The notes under the pieces were generated by a model. The model made no database searches. It saw only the letters and a program-made list of their open reading frames with translations, and was not told where the DNA came from. A stretch of DNA of 64,000 bases from Macrostomum lignano (lineage: Eukaryota): positions 524,200 through 588,199 of the forward strand of contig NIVC01000092.1 of NCBI GenBank assembly GCA_002269645.1, read 5' to 3'. Shown in pieces: positions 1 to 11,613 of the stretch. The position numbers were made by a program, and so were the translations under genes. Numbering within the stretch: position 1 is the stretch's first letter; every line of letters begins with the position of its first letter.

Positions 1-1414
1 GCCCGCTCAAGTCTGGCTGGGGAGACCTGCGAGGCACAGCGGATCGGTTTCAATATGAAATTGTTGCTAGCAGGATTGTATTAGACACCTGACCCTGCCT
101 AGCAGGATTGTATTAGACACCTGACCCGGTTTAGTAGGACTCTATTAGACACCTGATCCTGTCTAGCAGGACTCTATTAGACACCTGACCCTGTCTAGCA
201 GGACTCTATTAGACACCTAACCTGCCTAGCAGGACTCTATTAGACACCTAACCTGCCTAGCAGGACTCTATTAGACACCTAACCTGCCTAGCAGGACTCT
301 ATTAGACACCTAACCTGTCTAGCAGGACTCTATTAGACACCTAACCTGCCTAGCAGGACTCTATTAGACACCTAACCTGTCTAGCAGGACTCTATTAGAC
401 ACCTGACCCTGTCTAGCAGGACTCTATTAGACACCTAACCTGCCTAGCAGGACTCTATTAGACACCTAACCTGCCTAGCAGGACTCTATTAGACACCTGA
501 CCCTGCCTAGCAGGACTCTATTAGACACCTGACCCTGCCTAGCAGGACTATTAGACACCTGACCCTGTCTAGCAGGATTCTATTAGACACCTGACCCTGT
601 CTAGCAGGATTGTATTAGACACCTGACCCTACCTAGCAGGATTGTATTAGACAGTTAACTGTCATATAATCTGTCTAAGACCTGAAGATACATATACAGT
701 ACAGCTGCATCCAGCCAGATTTTACCTGACACATATACATTGTAGTAGTCTAATCTTATACTTACAGCCTGCAGCGCTTCAATATTGTTAGCCGGTGGTC
801 TTTTAGCAGAGCCTCCATTGCTACTTTGAGTCTTGCTCCCAGAAGACTGCTGCTGCTGCCGGGCTTTGGCAGGTGAGCCTTGATTTCCGGCGCCATTGCT
901 TCTACTGGCACCCCCGGCGCCATTGGCCTCGGCATAGGCAGCAAGGTCTAGCCCTTCGCCTCCAGCCAGGTAGATTGACGATCTGGCCACGTGATCTGGA
1001 TAATTATTCAACAATTAGAATAACTAGCAGTTGAGAAGAAAATAAATGAGCTGCCTATAGCTCATTAATTAATTAAAATACAGTCATACAACCAAAATAC
1101 CTTATAAATTATACTAAACTTTTGTTTAATACTCTACTGACAGTAGAAATAAAAGGAAAACACGCTTAGAAAAGAACCCATATGTCCAATGCATGTACTA
1201 TTCAACTAAACTAATACTTAGTCGCTACGCAATAGTGACAAAGTGTTAATGAATTTAATAATAATTGATTGATTAATTTATCAACATTAAATTAATAAAC
1301 AAATAGCTTACCAAGATCTTCCACACGAAGCATATTTTCGTTAATTTTCTTCTTATCATGCTTGTTCAACTTGTCCTTCTTTTTTCCATAAGAAACTCTT
1401 TCCCAGTTTTCCAT
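1..1414 (-). CDS. TMEM214: TMEM214-like transmembrane protein, 5' three coding exons (gene continues beyond left edge)
   Basis: complement(join(<1..26,766..995,1312..1414)); GT-AG junctions in phase 1 then 0 give MENWERVSYGKKKDKLNKHDKKKINENMLRVEDL-DHVARSSIY...KRPPANNIEALQA-VSPARLER. The N-terminal WE-V-xx-KK motif and the 'IEALQAVS..L' segment resemble TMEM214 N-termini as I recall them. Only the N-terminus is visible. Confidence 0.6.
66..652. repeat. Intronic minisatellite, 31-32 bp unit (CTAGCAGGACTCTATTAGACACCTGACCCTG), about 18 copies
   Basis: Direct tandem repeats read from the sequence, inside a TMEM214-like intron. Confidence 0.95.
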
Positions 1415-2299
1415 TGTTGAATAGGTTCAACTCTGTGGCTGGAAACAATGTAAAATGCATTTACATTGCATAGAACTCTTGACATTTATAATTAATATAT
1501 GGCTCAGTGAAGTTGCATAATAACTGCTAGATTATAAATATATTGGTCAATGTTAGAATAGCCCTTTACACTGCTGACTCTCTGACCTACAGAAGTTTCA
1601 AAAGTCTGCAGACTCTGTGTTTACGATTGATCAAATTTGAGAATTGATAAAGGACTCTAAATGGCAATAATCCTAATGATTATAAATCATTAACTCTTAA
1701 AATCAAATATAGAGTCCCTATAAATAAGCAACATCAATCACCTATACACGTCTTTTTGTATAATTTTACTAATATTAGGTTAACTATATACCAACTTGTG
1801 TTCTCTACTTTTCAGATAGAGTCGACTTGTCTGCAAATTGATAAGTTGATGGCAGACAAAGTGACTGGAATCCAAAATATTATACACTACATATACAATA
1901 GTTAAAGTTTTATTTATCTAAAACTTAAAGGCATATTGTACAATGTATTACCTATATTAGATAATCTTTATAATATACAACACTGGCCAACTCTTCCATT
2001 GGAGGAGAAAGGGGATAGAACTTCTATCGACAGAATTCAATTCACTGAAATCAATCAGCTGAATCCCATTTTCTAAATCCTCTAAAATATAAAATAATTT
2101 TCAAACAAAAGCTTGTTAATAGTTAGGATAGACATAAAAATGGAGTAAATTCATCTTAAATAAAGATTTGAGGCAGGCATTGATCTCTTTGGCTAGTTTG
2201 CCAATGTCTGTCAGACAATGCCTGTCTAAAGCATGGCATTGGCAAACTCTGGCTTCTGGCATCTGCCTCTATGTCCCTTGGGTCCTTTAAAACTTATTT

Positions 2300-2428
2300 G
2301 CTCTCTCCTTTCTGCACTCTCATCTCTACTCTCATCTCTCCCCTCTTTTCTGCTCTGTCATCTCATCTCTATTCTCTTATCTATTGTCTCTCCTCTATCC
2401 TATCCTCTCTCTTTTCTCTCTCCTCTCT

Positions 2429-2501
<73 letters not shown>

Positions 2502-2990
2502 ACTCTCCTCTTCTAATCTCTAATCTCTTATATGTTGTCTCTCCTCTACCCTGTCCTCTCTCTCTCTCTCTCCCTTTTCTCTTTTCTCTCTCTCTTCTGT
2601 GCTCTCATTTTTCATATCTCCTACGCTCGTATATTCTCTCTACCCTCTCCTTTCTCATGTCTCATCTTTCCTCTCTTCTCACTACCATATCCTGTCTTCT
2701 CTCTTCTCTCTCCTCTCTACTCTATTGTCTTTCCTTTTTTCTCTCCCCTCTTTTATATACTCAGCAACATTGAAAAGTTGCCATCACAGAAGATTCCATC
2801 CATGATCACCTCTTTTGAGAGTGCAGGTAAAGTCTCTTTCTCACATCTTTTGTTTCAGAATAGTCCAAGAGAAATTTCTCACTGGTATATAGATTGGCAA
2901 CTTTTCAATCAATGTTGCTAAGTAAGCTTGTATATCTACTCTCTTTTATATCATCTCTCCTCTCTTCTTCTTTCTCTCTTATCTGAATGA
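2300..2990. repeat. Pyrimidine-rich low-complexity tract with a pure (TC)n core at about 2427-2498
   Basis: Visible CT repeat; accounts for the poly-SL ORFs. Confidence 0.9.
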
Positions 2991-4237
2991 CTAAAGGCAC
3001 CAATAATGAAACCAATCAAAATTTGTCACCTAACTCTTCCATTACTGAGATTAATCAAATGATAGCTGGCTTGAATGTGCATATGCAACCCTCCAACTTT
3101 ATCTCTGACTCCAAATGACTACAATATTTGCAAAAAGTTGAAAGTATAGAAATTGTTTCTTCAATGCTATGCTTTTTGTTTTTATATTTAAAGTAAACAA
3201 CTTATATCCCCAAACTTAGCATTGCAAGATCTTTTTAGCAATATGAGATAAGTCCTTTCAAAGTTTAAAACTTGAGGAATAGTCATCATTTGAAATTCCC
3301 AAATTAAAGCATTGAAATATTGAGTGTACATTTACTGCCTGCTATAGTAAGAGATTTGCAAGTTTATTTATTGAATTTCACTGCCTAGCTAATATATAGT
3401 GCTGCCTATTGAAAGGCATTGATAATAAAACCAATTGAATCCTGACAGGTCCTAGCTATTATAGCTTCTGTTTACATTGTATATGCTATGTACACTTAGC
3501 CCTTCTTGTTTTGGGGTGAATCAAATTTAATTGCACCCCAACACAGAGATTTGATTTCCATTGACTGCAGAACACATGTCATATACCCCATCCAATATAT
3601 AGCAACCTGCAGGCTGAGGTTGGGGTGGTTGCTTTTATAAACATGCCACCACCTCTCTAATCTCTGCCTTGGGCAGGGCCTTACTTAGACTCAATTGCAG
3701 GGACATTGGGGTAGTGACCATGGCCCTTTTGGGTCATGGCTGTTTTGCCAGGCATTGCCACCTCTAGGGAAAAATCTGCAGTACAGTAGGCCTAAAGAAT
3801 GCCCATTCTGCCTCTGGTGTCAAGAATGCAGAGCACTCCATCTGTGAATGCCCCACCTTTACTCAGGTCAGGCTCACCTACCTTGGCTTAAAACCTAGAC
3901 CTCTCTAATGTTTTTAGGCCTAAGAATCTCTACTAGCTCATCCACTACACTACCTAAGGGCTACCAGGCCAGAAAGGCCAGAGGGGGACCACACTGTGGA
4001 CACTAATACCACTGGAACTCCCTGTGCAACACTACAACAATAGCTGCCTATGGTTGCTAGGGCTTAGGGAAATGGGCAGCAATATATCCTCACTATTTCT
4101 AGACACACGGAGCCCCTTGCAACTAAGTCAAGTAAGACCACCCCTTTAATGGAAAGCCAAAGTGAAGAAGGTTAAGAAAAGTGTTGTTTGCTTTTTTAAA
4201 GACTTAATTTTAAAATTTTCAATATTAAAATAACCTA

Positions 4238-5215
4238 CAAGGGGTGATTAACAAGTTCTGCAACTTTTGTTATAGCTTTTAGTTATAGAATCAGCAAAAG
4301 CCAAAAATGTACACATATGCGGCTATATCTGTTTGCTATATTTATATACATTTTTAGCTTCCAAATGTGCTCCAGTAAAATTTCATAGCCATATATTTTC
4401 CATGTGTTTTTAGTAGCTGATGGAAACATCAAAAGACAGTGTTTGCTTCTACATCTTTATGTGCATGCAACTTGGTTGCAAAATGACTGAGATTTGCACC
4501 AATCTGGTGAATGTTTTAGCTGACTCTGCTCCATCATTTGACATGGTTGCCCACTGGCTGCGCCATCTCTTGGAAGGCTGGGACAGCTTCAACGATGAAC
4601 CAAGGTCTGGCAGACCCAAGACATCTGTGACAGAAGATGTCGTGGCCTATGCTGATACAATAATTCGTGAGGATTGGAGCATTATGCTGAGATTCCTTGC
4701 CTATAAGCTTGGTGTCAGCTATGGAAGTGCTCATAACATCATGCATGAGCAACTAGGCTGCACAAAGACTTGCGCTCAGTGGGTACCCCATCTTCTCACT
4801 CCGGAGCAGCAAGCAGAGAGGGTGTGCATCTGTTGCTTGTGGCTGCAAATGTTTGAGCCCCAGGGCCCACAACAACTGTCAGATGTCATCACAGGAGACA
4901 AATGTTGGATCTCCTTCTGGGTAGATCGAACACTTTAGAGATGGCCAGTCTGCTGTGAATGAATTCAAAATGAAAAACTCCAAAAATGGAGATGAAAAAA
5001 TTATTGCCATAGATTGTTGAGGTTGTGTACCACTACCCCTGACCTTTGCGCAAGTTTCTTGCTGTAGCTCTTGAATAAAAAAAGATATCAACATGATTTT
5101 AACTTTGTATTCTTTGTGACAAAATTTCCTTTCATTTGACACCATGGGCGTGAAATTTCATGGCTCTGTTGAAGAGCTACATTAGACATTCCGGGAACTT
5201 TTGGGACACCCCTTG
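4238..5215 (+). mobile_element. Degenerate, internally deleted Tc1/mariner (mariner-type) DNA transposon
   Basis: Imperfect TIRs CAAGGGGTG...AAGTTC at both ends, flanked by TA (4236-4237, 5216-5217). ORF 4420-4938 has an HTH region, DEPRSGRP, WVPHLL (mariner WVPHEL motif) and VITGDK-W (first catalytic D region). The downstream DDD domain is broken and shortened. Confidence 0.9.
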
Positions 5216-5629
5216 TAATTGCAAAAAAGACTTGTATAGTTAAATTCTTGATTGGGCTAATTTTTCAAAGCTTTTGATTAGTAGCCTAAGTTAATTAGGC
5301 CAAGCTTAGAATCAAAAATAAATTTTTAAGACCTAGTTAATTGCTTTAGCCCTTTATTTCTAATATATTTTTGGCCTTAGGTATACTTCATAAATACATC
5401 AAGCGCACAGAACAAAAATTGACAAAGAAACTTGAAGAAAGGTATGCCAAACCAAGGTGTACACTGTACTTTATATATCAAATGCATAAAACAAGAAAAT
5501 TTTGACCAAGAAAAGCACATAGAACAATAGATGTTTTTGCCAGAAAAGTGTGTTGAAAAGAAATGTTGCAATGGTAGCTCTAGTGAGAATGTTAATTTAC
5601 TAAAGCTGCCTTAGAGTTAAAGAAAAATA

Positions 5630-6044
5630 GGCAATCCTACACTTCCATTTGGTAAATTATTTTGACACTGAATTTTAAACAGGCGTGTTAAATAACAATG
5701 TAACCAAACAAAACTGAAACAGTGGAACATGGTAGCAGTCTGTTAGAGCGCATAGCCATAGTCACTTAGAGTGTGTCTGCAGGTCATTAAAGTGTCTACA
5801 ATAGATAGTAATGTCCAATCCAGTATAGGATAGCCCCAAATAGACATTGGGGATACAGACAACGCCAAATTGAAGCTCAAAAAAACAAGCAGCTCATAAG
5901 CAACAGCTCCCTTAAACTGACACCCCCTTAAACTCTGTTCGCTCAAACTTTTGGCCATAGACACAATGCCAATCAACGTCATTTGACTCGGTGGTACGAA
6001 TTCAAATGTTAAAATAATTTACCGAATGGAAGTGTAGGATTGCC
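5630..6044. mobile_element. Non-autonomous DNA transposon (MITE), about 45-bp TIRs, 8-bp TSD; Merlin-like
   Basis: GGCAATCCTACACTTCCATT(T/C)GGTAAATTATTTT at 5630 is inverted at about 5999-6044. The flanking direct repeat GAAAAATA is at 5622-5629 and 6045-6052. GG-starting TIRs with an 8-bp TSD fit the Merlin superfamily (inference). Confidence 0.8.
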
Positions 6045-6475
6045 GAAAAATAATGCATAGAATGCATTATTGATTATTTATTTTTGGGATGAACTTCATC
6101 CTAGGTGCTGAACAATAGATTTTTTTGCTAGAAAACTAGAAAAGTATGCATTTTGTTGGATTTAAATGTTGCAATTGTAAAACTAGCACCAATCTTATTT
6201 TAGTAAAGCTCCCGCAGGGCCAACAATGCATTCAGATATATTTCTGAATTATTATAAAAATAATATTCAGATATAATCTGAATCTGAAATTTTAGATCTA
6301 ATCTTAGATCTACTCTGTACTCAGATCTAATTTTTCAGATCTAATAATCTGAAATATATTCAAATAGGATAATATAGATGTATTTTATGTATTCAGACAC
6401 CAAAACAAAATATATTCAAATAAAATTTAGTTTCACTGTTTTTTAGTTTATTGTCCTTTATAAGTTTATGGAAGT

Positions 6476-7243
6476 CCATAGTCAGGAAGGTGGCAGTTTG
6501 GTCGGAAAATTCCGGCGCACACAAGCCCTTTTTGGGCACACAACGGCGCACAACGGCGCACAGCGGCGCGCCACAACAGCGCACAGCGGCGCACTGGCGC
6601 ACAGCGGCGCACAACGGCGCACACCAGAGGACACCGGCGCATGGCGGCGCGGCGCGGCGGGTGCCGCGCCACATGCAGCGTTACCCTTGTGGCGATCCCA
6701 TGTAACGATGTAAGTCGTTACTTGTTACAGTACACTATTCACTGTTCTATCTAATGTAACACTGCATTCTACCAAAAAATAAAAAATAAAATAAAATATT
6801 TTCCTTTTCCTTTTCACCTTTGTTTTTGCCATTTGCTTACTTTTTATGTTTGTTTTGTTTTAAAAATTAAAAATTAAATTAAAAATTTTTTAAATTTCTA
6901 TTTTCGGTTTAACGATCTCAATTTCTCATAATATAATATAGATAGCCCGTAACCGTCCCGTATTAACCATTATATTCTCTTGTCTCGTGACTCGACTTTC
7001 GTGTAACGTTTATTTATTTCATTCATTTATTCTAAGAAATATTATAGGGGTAGGGTTTATTGAAAATATTGGCGCACAAAAATTGTTGCTATGTTGTAAA
7101 AAAAGGTCTTTTATTGTCGCAAGGCAGGTAGTGGCGGGCGCACAACGGCGCACACGAGGGTTTTTGTGTCGGCGCACGGCGCACAATTTTGGGAGAGGCC
7201 AAAATTTGTTCCGGCGCACACTCTGCCACCTTCCTGACTATGG
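6476..7243. mobile_element. Non-autonomous DNA transposon (MITE), 21-bp TIRs, 8-bp TSD, subterminal CGGCGCACA repeats (hAT- or P-like)
   Basis: Perfect TIR CCATAGTCAGGAAGGTGGCAG (6476-6496; 7223-7243). TSD ATGGAAGT at 6468-6475 and 7244-7251. Clusters of GGCGCACA at about 6524-6670 and 7070-7220. Confidence 0.85.
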
Positions 7244-7963
7244 ATGGAAGTCCCATGACTGTCAAACGACCAAACAATCAAACATGTTTCCATATTGCAC
7301 AATGTATAAAATATAGTATGAGATAATTTCGGCTTTATTTTTAATCATTTGTATACAGCAGGCAGCAGGCTTAATATAATATTTAGCAATTCAAAAACAG
7401 TAGAATGATTTAGCAAAGAAAAATGGTTGTCGCGCGAACTCTTAAAAACGTTTCTATTTATTTTAAAATTTATATTGCCGCCATACACAAACATCGTGGT
7501 AAAAATACGAAATGATAGACAAAAAAATTTAACTAATGCTCAAAAACCAAGCGCATTTCAAGAATTATTTTTACCAACCTTATTATTGCAAATGAGCATT
7601 ATACGTACAGTTAAAATTAGTTTAAGGAACGCAAAAATGTTTTGCTTTATGATAGCGTAGGCACATATACCATGTGGGTTACAATCACAGTATAAAAATA
7701 ATTGAACCCAGTTGCAGCAGTTTGAGAAATTTCATCGGAATTTTGACCAAAGTGCATGTTATTACCATATACAGGTGTTTGCATCTTCAGTAATTTCTAT
7801 GGTGCTATTGTTAAGGAATTGCATCTATATATAATTTATATCCTCAAAAACAAAGACCACAGATGTGCATCCTAGGATTTGATTACAATAAATGTACATA
7901 GCTTTGCATGGGAGCGTATGTAAAGGAAATGTAAAGGAATAAATATGTATGGAAACAACACAT

Positions 7964-8191
7964 TGTAGCCAGCAACTCTGGCTTGTTATTGCGACTGTTA
8001 GTACGTTAACCACTCAAAAAGGTGGAGAAATATAATGTGGCTGTGCCTGTATATTTATTGTCTGGTCACAGATTTCCGATTCATTGAGCGCGCGTTAGGA
8101 TGTGCTCGAGCAGAGAGAAGTGGATAGGCTGGGTGGGGGTCACGGAGTGCAAACTAGGTGCCCGAACTGCCTGCCTGCGCATCTAGCTACA
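7964..8191 (-). repeat. 3' LTR of the Gypsy element (228 bp, TGTAGC...GCTACA termini)
   Basis: Inverted terminal hexamers; polypurine tract at 8192-8200 on the minus strand; aligns with 11453-11613. Confidence 0.85.
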
Positions 8192-8199
8192 TCCCTCGT

Positions 8200-10645
8200 C
8201 TGGTGGATTGGAACCCGGGGTGGGGAATTGGGTTACAACATTGGGTTCATGTTACGCGCGATCGAGCACTCAGTGTCAGTCATTAGAGTCAATGATCAGT
8301 CCTTGCTGCTGTTCCGCCAGCTGTCAGATGTCCGGAGCCTTTCGCCGGTCGCCCTCTTCGTAGCGTTTCGGCGTCTTCTTGGCCTGTCGGGGGTGCGGCC
8401 TGTTGGCGAGCGGGCCGTCGGCCTGGTTGACGGTTGGCTCGGCAGGCCGGTTGGTTCATCCGGCCGGCTGTTCTGTCCGCTGTCGCGTTCCCCGGGGCCA
8501 CTCGGCCACTCGTCGTCGGCTACCTAGGAGACTCATCAACGGGACGGTAGTGGCGCAACCTGGGGATCGTGTCGTTGAGCTGTCGGCCGAATAGCAGGTC
8601 GGCTGGGGCCATGCCGGTTGATGCGTGCGGTGTTCGCCGGTATGCGACCAGGTAGTCGTCCAGTGCCACCTGCCAGTCGCTGCCTTCCAGGATCGCCGCG
8701 CTCTGATTGCCTTATTGAGGCTTCGGTTGCATTGCTCTACGAGTCCGTTGGCTTTCGGATGTAACGACTTAGTCCGATGGTGGTGGACGCCCTGGCTGCG
8801 CAAGAAGGCGTTGAGTTATGCAGACGAGAATGGTGGGTGAGAATGGCGATGAGAATGCTGAGCCACTGGCGGAGGGTTCGGATGACCGGAGCTGCCGCTG
8901 TCGACCCCGACATTGTCTGTACCAGTGGGAAACGTGAAAAGTAGTCGGTGCACACCAGCAGCATGTGACCTCTGATGGGTCCCAGGAAGTCCAGGCCCAG
9001 CTCTAGCCACAGCCCCTGCGGCAGCTCAGTCGGCTGGAGTCGGGGTGTCTTCAGTTCGGCTGTGTTCGTGCAGGCTTTGCAGCTGAGGCAGGAGTTTACA
9101 AAGTTCTCGACGGAGGCCCGCATTGAGGGCCACCAGACCTTTGTCCGGAGGCGTGCCAATGTTTTCTGGACACCCAGGTGGCCTTGGTGCGCCAGCTGCA
9201 GGCAGCGGTAGCGCAGAATGGCGGGAACGACGATTTGGTGCCCTTTGAGCAGGAGTCCGTCGTGTTGTGAGAGCTCGTGCCGCAAGCCGTGCAGGCTGCG
9301 CGTGTCGTGGCTATCGAGTTCCCACCGATGGGACCGGAGCCTGGATACGGCGGCTTGGATCGCCTTGTCGCCTGCGGCGGCAACCTTGATCGTGTCGAGG
9401 CTGATGATGTTCGGCGCTGCTGCCTGTGCTGTCATTGCGATGTAGGCCGTGTCGAGGTCCTCGCCCTCGTTGTTCGGCGGTGTTGGACGTGGCTGGCGGC
9501 TCAGGACATCTGCCGTGTTGTCTGCGCCCAGCTGGTAGGTGACTTCGAAGTGGAGATCCTGCAGCCGAAGTGCCATACGCTCGATCCGCGGCGGGGGCCG
9601 CGAGCCGGGGCTGAGCAGGCTGACCAGCGGCTTGTGGTCGGTGATGACCTTGAACTTTGGGCAGCCGCTAAGGTAGTGGTGGAACTTGAGGCAGCCGAAT
9701 TTGACGGCCAGCGCCTAGCTCCCTCTCTGTCTGAGAGTAGCGCTGCTCGGTGTCACTGAGGCTGCGGCTGGCATAGGCGATTGGCCTGGTGAGGCCGCCA
9801 GGTTGCACCTGGGCGAGGATCGCCCCGAGGCCGGTCGGGCTGGCGTCGACGATCAACCTGGTCTCGCAGTTCTTGTTGAAGAAGGCAAGCGTCGTGCTGT
9901 GAGCGATCGACTGCTTGATTGACTGAAAGGCTGAGGCTTGCTGTGAGCCCCCACGACCATTTCACGCTCTTCTTGGTCAGCTCTCGAAGTTGCCTCGCTT
10001 TGTCGGCGAGGTTTGGGATGAAGCGGGCTACGAATGTGACGAGCCCGATCAAGGACCGCACCTCCGTTGCATTTTCTGGTCGCTTGAAGTTGGCCACAGC
10101 CTCCAGCTTTTCCTCGGTCGGTTGGATTCCGGCCGCCGAGAGGCGCATGGCCAGGAAGTCGGCCTGCTGGGTTGCAATGCGGCATTTGCGGGGGTTCAGA
10201 GTCACGTTGTGTTGGCGCAGCCTGTCGAGGCAGTTGCGCAGCCTCTCGTTGTGCTCCTTTATGGTGCTGGCGAAGATAATGATGTCGTCGTGGACCCACC
10301 GCACGCCTCTCAAACCGCTCAGGATAGATGTCATGACGCGCTGTAGGATTTCCGATGCTGAGGTAAATCCCATGCAAAGGTGCTTGAGGCGGAGCAGGCC
10401 CAGAGGCGTTGAGAAAGTGAGCAGCTGCCGGGAATCCTCGCTGACCTCGATCTGGTGGAAGGCCTTGGCAACGTCTAGTTCGGAGAAAATAGGTGGAGCC
10501 GGCCATCTCGTCGGTGACTTCTTCGAATGTCAGTATTGGCTGTTTTTCTGGGATGACGTACTTATTGACGTCCCTCACTCAGGTCCTGCGTGATGCGGAT
10601 CTCGCCTGGCGAGGCCTTTGGAACGACCACCATGCGTGAACTCCA
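8200..10645 (-). pseudogene. Gypsy pol remnant (RT-RNase H-integrase), frameshifted; protease absent
   Basis: ORF fragments 9853-10578, 9753-10373 (WVHDDIIIF), 9668-9856, 8737-9576 and 8456-8803 carry successive pol motifs in different frames. Confidence 0.9.
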
Positions 10646-10659
10646 AGCGCTGAGCCCCA

Positions 10660-11429
10660 TCACTCTGGTTCCTCTGGCTCAGGCTCTGCCATGTTGATGC
10701 GTGCGCGGCCGCTTAAGCACGCCTTCGCCAGGTGGTGCAGCTTGCCGCAGTTGCTGCAGCGCTTGCCTCTCATTTGTCTGGCATTTGTCGGCCGGGCTGG
10801 CTGGCGGGCGCCTTGCGGGGCGCTTGTCGCGAGCCGCATGCACTTCTTCAGCTGGTCCGGCTTCCTAGCGCTCCATGATTGCTGGCTGGCTGCTTCGTTT
10901 GTTCTCGCGAGCTGGAGGGCCTCGGGGGGGGGGGCTGATGTTGGGCACGTTGAGCAGCCGCTTTTGGAGGGATTCGCTGCGGCAGCAGCTGCGACGATCT
11001 GGTCGCGGATGCGGGACTGACGCAGCTCGCCGAACTGGCAGGCCTCAGCCGCGTTGCACAGTCGATTGTACCAGCTGTTGATGGCTTCCCCGTCCAGCTG
11101 CGTGCACTGGCGGAATTGGTACCGGGTGAACACCACATTGTCGCGTCCTTGAATGTGCTGAGTTAGCGCCGCTATGAGTGAGTCGAGCGTTTGCTGCTCC
11201 GGCTGATCAGTGGCGGGACGCGAGTCTGAGATCTTTTTAAAGATGTCTGCAACCTCTTTTCCCGCGGTGTACAGGAGGATTTCCTGCTTCTGGGCGTCGT
11301 CCGAGATTCCTGATGCTGTCAGGAATATCGCTTTAGTGTGGTGGCCCACTCTGTCCAGCGCTTGCTGACGGTTTGGGGGTCCGCACTGATGCTGAATGCG
11401 GATGGCGGCTGTAGCTGTAGTAGCGCCAT
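10660..11429 (-). pseudogene. Gypsy gag remnant with CCHC zinc knuckle
   Basis: ATG at 11429 (MALLQLQPPSAFS...RWTEW) shifts into ORF 10660-11349 (LLYTAGKEVADIF...RYQFRQCTQLDGE...IRDQIV...CSNCGKLHHLAKAC). Confidence 0.85.
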
Positions 11430-11452
11430 TGGGTTCTGGCTTACGACGCCAA

Positions 11453-11613
11453 AGTAGCGAGCAACTCTGGCTGCATGGTTATTGCGAGTGTTAGTTAGCC
11501 ACTCAAAAAGGTGGAGAAATAGAATGTGGCTGTGCCTGTATATTTATTGTCTGGTCACAGATTTCCGGTTCATTGAGTGCGCGTTAGTATGTGCTCGAGC
11601 AGAGCGAAGTGGA
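11453..11613 (-). repeat. 5' LTR remnant of the Gypsy element (outer about 67 bp missing)
   Basis: Similar to 7965-8124 with scattered substitutions and indels; similarity stops abruptly at 11613. Confidence 0.85.

Larger units (their letters stand above)
7964..11613 (-). mobile_element. Decayed Ty3/Gypsy LTR retrotransposon
   Basis: Minus-strand order gag (CCHC knuckle CSNCGKLHHLAKAC), RT, RNase H (VDASPTGLGA, IAYASRSL), integrase (HQGHLG...CLSC, LDFLGP, HPKANGLVE). LTR-like direct repeats at 7964-8191 and 11453-11613. PPT-like GACGAGGGA next to the 3' LTR and PBS-like TGGCGTCG next to the 5' LTR. Many frameshifts. Confidence 0.95.

Noticed and set aside
6230-6370. Cluster of AGATCT/TCAGAT palindromic words
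   Set aside because: AT-rich and degenerate; no defined ends or TSD.
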